From NCBI GenBank assembly GCA_963704435.1, contig OY969902.1:60001-92000 (forward strand): a DNA stretch of 32,000 bases, given 5' to 3'. The notes under the pieces were generated by a model. That model made no database searches and was not told where the DNA came from. It worked only from the letters and a program-made list of their open reading frames with translations. Position 1 is the first letter of the stretch. Each line of letters begins with the position of its first letter. Origin of the DNA: an uncultured archaeon (GTDB lineage Archaea > Micrarchaeota > Micrarchaeia > Micrarchaeales > CABMGC01). A program made the position numbers and the translations under genes. Shown here piece by piece: positions 17,019-24,861 of the stretch.

Positions 17019-17045
17019 ATCAATTGATATATGTATCAACTGATA
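17019..17045. promoter_or_regulatory. tandem palindromic operator of TA operon overlapping TATA-like sequence
   Basis: ATCAATTGAT (17019-17028) and TATCAACTGATA (17034-17045), 16 bp centre to centre, then ATATATAAA. Confidence 0.55.
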
Positions 17046-17085
17046 TATAAATACATCGGTGCGCGGATTTGATGGCCGGAAGCGT

Positions 17086-17157
17086 TAGTGGTGTGCCGTA
17101 GCCTCTCTTCTGTTTTAGGTGGCATTCGACTTAGCGGCGTTCTGCCTTGCACGCTCA
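17086..17157 (-). repeat. 72-bp direct repeat, proximal copy within the RNase P RNA gene
   Basis: Identical to 16311-16382. Confidence 0.9.
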
Positions 17158-17324
17158 CTGTACGCGCATCGGCGCGTTTCACGCGCACGCGCACGCTCGT
17201 CGCGTCATCGCTTTATGTGCGCCAGCGCTTGCGTTTCTGCTCCGAATATGGCCTTGGGCCTCGCGTACTCCGCGTGGAGAGAGCTTCCTCAGTCTTTCGA
17301 CCGTAAGCCACCCGCACACCACTA
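17086..17324 (-). ncRNA. rnpB: RNase P RNA (compact archaeal-like)
   Basis: P1 UAGUGGUGUGC/GCACACCACUA (17314-17324 with 17086-17096). P2 GGUGGC/GCCACC (17307-17312 with 17118-17123). P3-like CGGUC-GAAA-GACUG. P4 AGC[U]CUCUC/GAGAGGCU with bulged U (17277-17285 with 17100-17107). Conserved GAGGAAGCUC, CUAAGUCGAAUG and ACAGAA. TATA-like box at 17345-17350. Confidence 0.88.
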
Positions 17325-17358
17325 ATCTTTTTATTGCTTCCCTCTTTATATAAGCCTT

Positions 17359-17730
17359 ATGATTGGCATTCTTGCGCTTCTCGCGGCGATAAACCTCACC
17401 AACGTCACAGCGAGCGCGAACTCGCTGGCAACCGCCGCTGCCTCGATAGTGCCTGGAGGCATAGGCGGCTCCCTGATAAGCGAACTACTCATCATAGTCG
17501 CCATACTCATCGTGCTGTTCATCGTCTTCAAGGTCGGAAAGGTCTTCTTCAAGCTGCTCTTCGGCATCATAGCAAACAGCATACTCGGCCTTGTCGTGAT
17601 CTTCGCCGCGAACACCTGGCTGAACCTGGCCATACCGCTAACTCTCCCGATCCTGCTCCCTACTGTGCTCTTCGGCCTGCCCGGTATAGGCACGATAATA
17701 CTGATGAGGCTGCTCGGGGCGCCGATCTGA
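17359..17730 (+). CDS. BofA-family-like small membrane protein
   Basis: Hydrophobic protein ending LAIPLTLPILLPTVLFGLPGIGTIILMRLLG, resembling the SigmaK_BofA domain pattern in archaea. Confidence 0.55.
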   Translation: MIGILALLAAINLTNVTASANSLATAAASIVPGGIGGSLISELLIIVAILIVLFIVFKVGKVFFKLLFGIIANSILGLVVIFAANTWLNLAIPLTLPILLPTVLFGLPGIGTIILMRLLGAPI

Positions 17731-17925
17731 CTACTTGGCGAGCTCGACGTCTGCCTTGCTCACGGTCTTCCTCTTAGCATGCTCGGCGAGCATCACGGCC
17801 TTCTTCGCGACCGAGTAGGAGAACGTAGTCATGAGGTCGGCAAGCGCGTCCGCCGCATCGTCGCTCACTCTGTTTGCGCCCGAGTCCTTGAGTATCCTCT
17901 TCGCGGTGAGCTTCGAGATTCGCAT
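17731..17925 (-). CDS. archaeal histone
   Basis: MRISKLTAKRILKDSGANRVSDDAADALADLMTTFSYSVAKKAVMLAEHAKRKTVSKADVELAK: histone fold with C-terminal KTV..D(I/V) motif. Confidence 0.92.
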   Translation of the reverse strand: MRISKLTAKRILKDSGANRVSDDAADALADLMTTFSYSVAKKAVMLAEHAKRKTVSKADVELAK

Positions 17926-17964
17926 GGGGTAATATAATCTGCGAAGGTTTAAAAGATAAATCGA

Positions 17965-18426
17965 ATGGAAATCAGGGAGCTGCGCGCCGGAGACGGGAAG
18001 GCCCTGTCTCTGCTGGCAGCAAGCGTGTACGACGAGCTTCCGGAGACGATGAACCTATCGGAGAGGCCGGACGGCCCAGCCGCTGACGCCCTGCTTTGGA
18101 TTAAGCTCGAGAGCGCAGCGAGGGGCGCGCTCTTGGACCTAGTGGCAGTTGAGGAGGGCGAGGTGATCGCGGACTGCGAGATACTGCGCAGGGGAGAGGA
18201 GGGCCTGGTCGGGATAATCGTGTCCGGGGAGCGGCGCAGGAAGGGGCTGGGCAGCCTGCTGCTTGCGAGGTGCATGGACGAGGCACGGACAGCAGGGATG
18301 ACCGAGGTCACTGCAGAGATATCCGAGTCTAATGCCCCGGCGCTGGCCTTCTTCAGGAAGCACGGGTTCTCAGACCGCGCTCCGCTCAGGGAAGGAATTG
18401 TCCTTATGAGGAAAAGCCTACTTTGA
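17965..18426 (+). CDS. GNAT-family N-acetyltransferase
   Basis: VGIIVSGERRRKGLGSLLLARCMDEARTAGMTEVTAEISESNAPALAFFRKHGFSDR. Confidence 0.88.
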   Translation: MEIRELRAGDGKALSLLAASVYDELPETMNLSERPDGPAADALLWIKLESAARGALLDLVAVEEGEVIADCEILRRGEEGLVGIIVSGERRRKGLGSLLLARCMDEARTAGMTEVTAEISESNAPALAFFRKHGFSDRAPLREGIVLMRKSLL

Positions 18427-19002
18427 CCCGCTCTTGACTCCGAGCACGCTGCCGTTCTTCTGCGACAGTATCGCAACGATGTAGTTGCTGGACCTCTTCG
18501 TGGAGTAGTTGATTATGTACGCGTTGTCGCTCAGCGCCGTGACCGCGGTGACGTTCGGGGCGCCGTACGCCACGATGTACGCCTTCACGCTCGCAAGGCC
18601 CGATGCCAGCGTGGTCGCCACCTGCGGGTTCGGTATGAGGTTGCCCATCGAGTAGTTCATCGGCGTGCAGTTCTGGGCGTAGATGTCCTTCTTCGTGGAT
18701 ACGAAGCCGAACTTGGGGTAATCAAAAGAAAGTATGCTGTAAGACGGGCACGGCGACGTCGCGTTCAATATGACGGCGGCCTCCACGTGCCAGCTTCCGG
18801 AATAGTTGGAAGGCACCACTTCAGTGAGCGTGATGTTTGCGTTGGGATACAGGTCCATCAGGTCGGTCTTCACCAGCGCAGAGGCCTGCTGCGAGTTGAC
18901 GGACTGCGCCATCAGCATGTTCGATGTCGCTACGTAGTATCCGATGAACACCATCGCGACTATGACTATCGCGCAGACTATCACCTTAGCCAGCAGCTCC
19001 AT
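18418..19002 (-). CDS. N-terminally anchored secreted protein, unknown
   Basis: Single N-terminal TM and extracellular sequence with Cys pair and N-x-S/T sites. Confidence 0.55.
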   Translation of the reverse strand: MELLAKVIVCAIVIVAMVFIGYYVATSNMLMAQSVNSQQASALVKTDLMDLYPNANITLTEVVPSNYSGSWHVEAAVILNATSPCPSYSILSFDYPKFGFVSTKKDIYAQNCTPMNYSMGNLIPNPQVATTLASGLASVKAYIVAYGAPNVTAVTALSDNAYIINYSTKRSSNYIVAILSQKNGSVLGVKSGSK

Positions 19003-19083
19003 GCATTACATGAAACGCTCAGGTATAAAAATATGCGCAGAAGCGGTTTTGTCAACGTGCAGAAACCATACGATGGCATATAA

Positions 19084-19599
19084 ATGGGGAAATCCATAAT
19101 ATTGAGTATTGCGGGCAAGCGTAATTTACGCAGCGCGCCAAAAGGCAATGGAATGGCATTTAGATTTGACTCATACGGTGACATAGTCCTGGCAAACTCT
19201 GAGCCGGTGGCCGTGCAGGGCAGGGAGGTCAGCTCCGGGAAGATCGAGGACACAATCAGAAGTCTGCCTGATGTAGAGATGGCGCTCGGACGATTGCTCC
19301 GGGCCGAAAAGGAGTTGGAGACTCCAATGCCTGATGAGAAATATATGAAAGCGATCGGCAAGCGCTGCGATGACTTTGATACTGTGAATGCAGCCATTTC
19401 CAAGGAACGAAACGTACTGAACAGGGATTTCGATACCCTGCCTGAGGAGCAGCTCGCGGCCCTGCCCGCGGAGGTAATCGACGCGCAGAAGGTGCGCAGG
19501 GTGGAGGTGGATGCGATGTGGACGGCATTCGCGGATCACCTTGTGAATTACGTGCTGCCTAGTAGGCACATAACTCATAAGAACGAGCCGCTGTCCTAG
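19084..19599 (+). CDS. hypothetical protein
   Basis: Open frame with TATA-like catataaat immediately upstream. Confidence 0.5.
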   Translation: MGKSIILSIAGKRNLRSAPKGNGMAFRFDSYGDIVLANSEPVAVQGREVSSGKIEDTIRSLPDVEMALGRLLRAEKELETPMPDEKYMKAIGKRCDDFDTVNAAISKERNVLNRDFDTLPEEQLAALPAEVIDAQKVRRVEVDAMWTAFADHLVNYVLPSRHITHKNEPLS

Positions 19600-20759
19600 G
19601 CGCTCACCACCGTGGCCAGCTTAAGCGACCTGGTCACGATGCTCCTCATTCCCATCGAGCTCGCCATCTCCCTGACCTTGTCAGTGTCCGCGCTGATCAC
19701 GGGGTTCTTCGCGTTTATCGAGCACACGTCCCTGTAGGGCGTTATCGAGTCCCCGTACGTGCCTATCCTCCTCGCGACCGCTATTATCTCCTCCTTGTCG
19801 AAGCCTATTAGCGGCCTGAGCACCGGGACCTTCATGCCGTACTGCTCCGCGCGGAGGTTGGCGGGGGTCTGGGACGCCACCTGGCCGAGGCTCTCCCCCG
19901 TGAATATGGTCAGCGCGCGCTCCCGCTCGGCGACCCGCTCCGCCAGCCTGAGCATGAACGCCTTGAGCAGTATGAGCTCGTACCTCCCGAAGCGGAACGA
20001 GCCCGCCTGGAACACGTGCGACGGGACGAAGTACGCTGTATAGTGCGGGTGGTAGCCGGACAGGGTGCCGATTATGCGCGCGACCTTGCCCTCCAGCGCC
20101 TCGCGCGGCTCCTGGAACGCGTGGAGGTGCACGTACACCGGAGCCACTCCCCTCTTCATCGCGTACCATGCGGCCACCGGAGAGTCTATCCCGCCGGACA
20201 TGAGCACGACGCCGCTCCCGGAGCTGCCGACCGGGAGCCCTCCAGCGCCCCTGGACTTCCCGAACGAGAGATAGGCCACGTCCTTGCCTATGCTTATGCG
20301 GAGCTCGGTGTCGTAGTCCTTGGTGTCGGGCTCGATGCCCAGCTTCACCAGCTCCTTCCTCATCCGGTTTACCACGTCGACCGAGTCGAACGGGAGGGTC
20401 TTGTCAGACCTGTGCGAGCTTATCAGCACGCGCTTGACGCCCTTTCGGGACTTCAGCATCGACCTCGACTTCGAGGCGATGGCGGCCAGCTTCGGCTCCG
20501 CGGTCACGGACAGCTCGGTGCCGCTCAGTCCGAACGTCCTGCCCAGTTTAACCGTGATCCCGGCCGCGTCCTGCGCCCTCTCCGGGGTTATGAGCATCCG
20601 GTCGTACTCCCTCTTGAGTATGAACCTCTCCCCGGCGAGCTGGTCGCGGATGTTGCGCTCGAGCAGGCCGATATAGGAGCCCCTGTTCCTCCCCTTGAGC
20701 CAGAGCTCTCCGAACCTCGCGACAATCAGCGCCTTGCCTTCCCCCTTACTTTGCATCGG
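19596..20759 (-). CDS. thiI: tRNA 4-thiouridine / thiamine biosynthesis protein ThiI (no rhodanese domain)
   Basis: N-terminal THUMP region, PP-loop LMSGGIDSPVAAWYAMKRG, ...IRCVCSINAKNPV-type C-terminus; internal Met start chosen. Confidence 0.85.
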   Translation of the reverse strand, partial: PMQSKGEGKALIVARFGELWLKGRNRGSYIGLLERNIRDQLAGERFILKREYDRMLITPERAQDAAGITVKLGRTFGLSGTELSVTAEPKLAAIASKSRSMLKSRKGVKRVLISSHRSDKTLPFDSVDVVNRMRKELVKLGIEPDTKDYDTELRISIGKDVAYLSFGKSRGAGGLPVGSSGSGVVLMSGGIDSPVAAWYAMKRGVAPVYVHLHAFQEPREALEGKVARIIGTLSGYHPHYTAYFVPSHVFQAGSFRFGRYELILLKAFMLRLAERVAERERALTIFTGESLGQVASQTPANLRAEQYGMKVPVLRPLIGFDKEEIIAVARRIGTYGDSITPYRDVCSINAKNPVISADTDKVREMASSMGMRSIVTRSLKLATVVSA

Positions 20760-21240
20760 GCCCACCGTATCTCCGGAATATGCTCTCAACGCGCTCCCTT
20801 ATATCCTTCGGCGGGACCTTCAGGTTCCACTCGTCCCACACTTTCCAGATGAACTCGAGGTCATCCATGGGCACTAGCGCCTTGGTGAAATGCGGGGGCC
20901 TTGTCTCCGCGCTCGTCCTGCCGCGCCGACCCCGCTCCTCCTCCGCCTGCTCATCGGCGAGCTGCGCGTGCCTCTCGTCGAGCAGCTCGGTCTTCCTGTT
21001 GAAGTCCTCGCTCTCCAGGTGGTCGTAGCCGGTGAAGCCCAGCATGGCGTTGCTCTCCTGCGCGTCGCCGTACCTCTCCACCACCTTCTGCGTCTTTTTC
21101 ATCCTGCCGACCCTGCCCTCGTCCCGCTCGGCCCTAAGGTAGCCCGTACCTGACATGCGCAGCGTACCGTCGTTATCGAACTCGCACTCCATCTCTATCA
21201 GCTCGTCCCCGACCTCTCCAACGAGCATCTTCAGCTTCAT
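20746..21240 (-). CDS. hypothetical acidic/charged protein
   Basis: Charged ORF overlapping the thiI start, same strand. Confidence 0.55.
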   Translation of the reverse strand: MKLKMLVGEVGDELIEMECEFDNDGTLRMSGTGYLRAERDEGRVGRMKKTQKVVERYGDAQESNAMLGFTGYDHLESEDFNRKTELLDERHAQLADEQAEEERGRRGRTSAETRPPHFTKALVPMDDLEFIWKVWDEWNLKVPPKDIRERVESIFRRYGGPDAK

Positions 21241-21350
21241 CGTATCCGCTCTCCCCAGAATAATGGAATCTGCGCATTTCTGCTTTAAATATCCGACGCA
21301 GGCGCGTGACGAATATGCCAGGAAGGCATATTAGGGTGGGAAGGCAATAG

Positions 21351-21872
21351 GTGCTCGGGGTAACGGTGTCCGGGTCAAATGGCGCAAGCGCGGCGGCAGT
21401 AGCAGGTTCCAGGAACAGGATGCCGGCGCATCCTTTCGCCAGCGAGGAAAATTCCGCGCGTTTGAAGTACCTGATAAAGAACGGTACGAGCAGGAAGCTG
21501 GAGAAATCGGGATTTACGAAATGCCTGATCGGAATAGTCAAAAGAAAATACTCGTCCGACAGCGCAGACATCGCGGAAGAAGCGGACATTAAAAAGAGGG
21601 TGCTTGCGCTCAGCCTCGAAGAGAGGCTTTCCATAGCGCACATCGCCAAACGGCTTGACATAAGCCACTCCTCGGCTTACGGGATCATTGACGGCCACGA
21701 CCCGCTTGTGGAAAGGCTGCGCGAGCTCGGCGACATGTTGAGGGGAGCGGCGTACCATCCTCTGAGGCACGCTTCGCGCTACAACCTGCCCATGAGCGAA
21801 ATTCCCGAGATAGTGGAGTACGAAAACCTGCGCCAGTTCTTCCGGCGCGGTCACAAAACGAAGAAACAGTAG
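21351..21872 (+). CDS. HTH-containing DNA-binding protein candidate
   Basis: LSLEERLSIAHIAKRLDISHSSAYGIIDGHDPLVERLRELG matches the helix-turn-helix pattern. Confidence 0.5.
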   Translation: MLGVTVSGSNGASAAAVAGSRNRMPAHPFASEENSARLKYLIKNGTSRKLEKSGFTKCLIGIVKRKYSSDSADIAEEADIKKRVLALSLEERLSIAHIAKRLDISHSSAYGIIDGHDPLVERLRELGDMLRGAAYHPLRHASRYNLPMSEIPEIVEYENLRQFFRRGHKTKKQ

Positions 21873-21978
21873 CGACCGCGCTTGCGGTAAAATGCTCTGG
21901 TCGAGAAGGGTCGGACCTGTTAGATGCCTAATCGCTATTGTCAAATATGCTTCAATGCCCCCGTTAGTTACTTCGTTA

Positions 21979-22164
21979 CTATTTAGCGGGAATCTTTGCG
22001 TAAATGGCGTTGATGAGCTTTCCCTGAGACTTGCTCCAGGCCCTGTTGCCCTGCTTTTTCATATATTCAACGTAAAAATCTATGAACTGCAGGTTGCTCT
22101 TGAGGTTCCTCCTCTTCTCCTCCCTGAGGTCCTTCAAGGTTATCTTATATTTCAATGTCCTCAC
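21979..22164 (-). CDS. small basic protein, partner of the upstream nucleotidyltransferase-like gene
   Basis: 61-aa ORF overlapping the end of 22145-22756, same strand. Confidence 0.5.
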   Translation of the reverse strand: MRTLKYKITLKDLREEKRRNLKSNLQFIDFYVEYMKKQGNRAWSKSQGKLINAIYAKIPAK

Positions 22165-22756
22165 CCAAGATTTCCTTCGTAATGCCCCTCCTGATTTTCA
22201 TTTCTTTTAGAAAGTATTTAAGCTTATCAACATCGAGGTAGTCCTTCAGGAAGCGGTACAGGTGCCTCGCATCCTCAAAGTCCTTATCGCTCCCCAAGTA
22301 GAGTTTGTAAGCTATCTGGAGTTCGAGGGGAGATATGTACAAATATCCTTCGTCCAAAACAACCTTTATCCTCTCTGACATGCTTACCTTTGAAAGCGGG
22401 CTGCCCATCAATTTCAATTCAAAGTTTGGGAACACTTCCTTATCCCGAATGACCCTAAGCGAGATTCCTTCATTGAGAAGGTCATACGCCTCTTTTGCAT
22501 CGGTCGCATTTAGCAGGTTGAAACCGTGCTTTTCCAATGAACGGCAGAAGGAATAGAACTCTTCCTTGGAGCGCGGATTTATGAACAGGTCTATGTCCTC
22601 GGTGGTTCTGCTGCGGCCGAACAGGATCGCCACGTACCCGCTCACTATCACATAGTCGAAATCGATCAGGCCCATAAAATCCAGCACCAGCCTATCCAGG
22701 TTGTTGAGTTCCTTGTTCTTGAGGCGGATGGTTTTGCCTTTCCTTTCAAGCTCCAT
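22145..22756 (-). CDS. MNT/AbiEii-type nucleotidyltransferase-like protein
   Basis: YVIVSGYVAILFGRSRTTEDIDLFINPRS (GxxA..h.GR.R.T.DhDh motif) plus C-terminal helical region. Confidence 0.75.
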   Translation of the reverse strand: MELERKGKTIRLKNKELNNLDRLVLDFMGLIDFDYVIVSGYVAILFGRSRTTEDIDLFINPRSKEEFYSFCRSLEKHGFNLLNATDAKEAYDLLNEGISLRVIRDKEVFPNFELKLMGSPLSKVSMSERIKVVLDEGYLYISPLELQIAYKLYLGSDKDFEDARHLYRFLKDYLDVDKLKYFLKEMKIRRGITKEILGEDIEI

Positions 22757-22854
22757 AAGCGATCACTACACATTGGCAGAGAGCTATTAAAAGGTTTTAA
22801 TGAACGTAGTTCCGCCAGAAAAGAAGTGGGCTGCGGCGGTGTTCCAATGTCCAG

Positions 22855-22929
22855 TGCTCTGGTCGGGATTCGAACCCGAGTTACAGACTTGAGAGGCCTG
22901 TGTCCTTGACCGGACTAGACGACCAGAGC
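22855..22929 (-). tRNA. tRNA-Glu (anticodon CTC)
   Basis: Cloverleaf: GCTCTGG/CCAGAGC acceptor, D-stem GTCT/GGAC, anticodon arm CAGGC-CTCTCAA-GTCTG, T-arm TCGGG-TTCGAAT-CCCGA, discriminator A, no encoded CCA. Confidence 0.93.
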
Positions 22930-22965
22930 TCTTAATAGATTTTCCCGCTTACATTAATATTCCCG

Positions 22966-24201
22966 ATGCATCCCTGCATCCGAGGTGCTGATTTGCGGCT
23001 GCTCGACGCGTACACTCCAAACTCCCTGGGCGGATTCATAGGCAACTCCGCGTCGCTCAATACCCTGCGCGAGTTCGGGATGAGTGTACAGGCGGGCAAC
23101 AGGCCGAAGCCCATCATGGTCTACGGGCCCTCTGGCACGGGAAAGACCTCGGCCGTGCGGGCCCTCGCATCAAGCAATGGCTTCGAGCTCGTGGAGCTCA
23201 CCTCCAGCGACTACCGCGATGCCGAGACGCTCCGGAGGAAGCTGCTGCCCGCCGTGAGCAGCAGGGGCCTCTTCAGCAGGTTCACGCTCATGCTCTTCGA
23301 CGAGATAGATGAGCTCTCGCGGCAGTTCGACAAGGGCGCCGAGTCTGCTGTGCTCCAGATAATCAAGGAATCGAAGCAGCCAATAATATTCACTGCGAAC
23401 GACTATTGGGACCAGCGCATAACGTTCCTTAGGACCCATGTCGACAGGATAGAGTTCAAGAAGGTGGGCTCGTCGCTCGTGCTCGGCCTGCTCAAGAGGA
23501 TCGTCGCCGGCGAGAGGGCCGAGGTGCCTGAGGATGTGCTGAAGGAGCTCGCGAACCGGAGCGATGGAGACGTGCGCGGCGCGATCAACGACCTCGAGAT
23601 GGTGATGGGCGGAGGCCCCTCCGCGCTAGAGTCGCTGGGGATAAGGAACAGGAAGCTCGAGATATTCAGGGTGCTCGACAGGATCTTCACGTCGAAGAAC
23701 TTCTCGGCCGCGAAGCTCGCGGTGGACACCGGCGACGTCAGCCTAGACATGCTCATAAACTGGGTCGAGGAGAACATACCTACGCGCTACACCTCCAAGC
23801 AGGCGGTGGACAGGGCATACTCGGAGCTTGCGATCGCGAGCCGGTTCCTCGGCAAGGCGGAGCGCGTCCGCTACTACGGCTACCTGAAGTACGCGTCCGT
23901 GGGAATGTCCTCGGGCGTCGCGCTGTCCAGCGCGGGCAACATAAGGTTCCTGATGCCGTACGCGTTCCCCGCGAAGATCAAGTATTTCAGCGTCACAAAG
24001 GAGAAGAGGAACCTGCAGGGCAAGATGGCGGCCAGGCTCTCGCCGTTCCTGCACACGAACAAGCGGGAGATAATAAGCTCCTACCTGCCCCTGTTCAGGC
24101 AGATCATGGAGAAGGGGGGCGAAGCGGGCAAGGAGACCGTCACTTCGGTGCTCGAGTCGCTGGAGTTCGAGAAGGAGGAGATTGCGCACATCAAGGGCTG
24201 A
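22966..24201 (+). CDS. rfcL: replication factor C large subunit
   Basis: MVYGPSGTGKTSAVRALAS, LMLFDEIDEL, RSDGDVRGAINDLEM motifs. Confidence 0.9.
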   Translation: MHPCIRGADLRLLDAYTPNSLGGFIGNSASLNTLREFGMSVQAGNRPKPIMVYGPSGTGKTSAVRALASSNGFELVELTSSDYRDAETLRRKLLPAVSSRGLFSRFTLMLFDEIDELSRQFDKGAESAVLQIIKESKQPIIFTANDYWDQRITFLRTHVDRIEFKKVGSSLVLGLLKRIVAGERAEVPEDVLKELANRSDGDVRGAINDLEMVMGGGPSALESLGIRNRKLEIFRVLDRIFTSKNFSAAKLAVDTGDVSLDMLINWVEENIPTRYTSKQAVDRAYSELAIASRFLGKAERVRYYGYLKYASVGMSSGVALSSAGNIRFLMPYAFPAKIKYFSVTKEKRNLQGKMAARLSPFLHTNKREIISSYLPLFRQIMEKGGEAGKETVTSVLESLEFEKEEIAHIKG

Positions 24202-24207
24202 AGATGC

Positions 24208-24861
24208 ATGATAAAAAATGTCATTTTTGATTGGTCGGGAACGCTAAGCGACGATATAGTTCCTGCTTACGCAGCAACAATGGGCGTATTTAGGAAATTG
24301 GGCCTGAAGACCTTGACTTTCGAGGAATACAAAAAGGAAGTCGTACTTCCTTATATGAAATTCTATCACAAATTCAGGGAAGGCATAGATAAAGAAGAAG
24401 TCGATAAATTATTCTATGATGAGATAAATCCGACCAACAAATCAAAGCCCTTCCCCGAAGCCAAAGAACTTTTGGAATTTTTGGAAAAGGAAAACGTCAA
24501 AGTTGCTTTGCTGAGCGCACACCCTCAGAAGAAATTGATCAGGGAGATACGCGATTATGGATTCAAGAGATTCTTTGTCGACGTCAATGGGAGTGTGCAC
24601 GACAAAGTCGAAGTGATTTCGGGAATCATGAATAAGAATGGCTTTGCTCCGACCGAAACTGCGTATGTTGGAGATATGGTTCACGATATTGAAGCAGGCA
24701 AAAAAGCCAAAGTAACGACCATCGCAGTTTCATGGGGTTATCATCCGAGAGAAAGACTGTTGAAAGAACGTCCCGATTTTCTCATAGAAAACCTTGTCGA
24801 CCTGAAACGACTTATTCTAAGGCTCAATAAAAAGCCGCCGAAATCATCCGATAGGGTCTAG
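24208..24861 (+). CDS. HAD-superfamily phosphatase
   Basis: VIFDWSGTLSDD, LSAHPQKKL, YVGDMVHDIEAGKKA. Confidence 0.9.
   Translation: MIKNVIFDWSGTLSDDIVPAYAATMGVFRKLGLKTLTFEEYKKEVVLPYMKFYHKFREGIDKEEVDKLFYDEINPTNKSKPFPEAKELLEFLEKENVKVALLSAHPQKKLIREIRDYGFKRFFVDVNGSVHDKVEVISGIMNKNGFAPTETAYVGDMVHDIEAGKKAKVTTIAVSWGYHPRERLLKERPDFLIENLVDLKRLILRLNKKPPKSSDRV

Noticed and set aside
16311-17157. Interpretation of the two 72-bp repeats as a CRISPR or IS element
   Set aside because: Only two long repeats, no spacer series, no transposase, no terminal inverted repeats; one copy is part of a structured RNA gene
17088-17353. Three overlapping plus/minus ORFs over the RNase P RNA region
   Set aside because: The locus is explained by RNA secondary structure; the translations are low-complexity R/A/H products
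19069-19100. gggaaatccataat similarity to the 1175/1644 leader repeat
   Set aside because: Only about 12 bp shared and located inside the coding start (MGKSII), so probably chance
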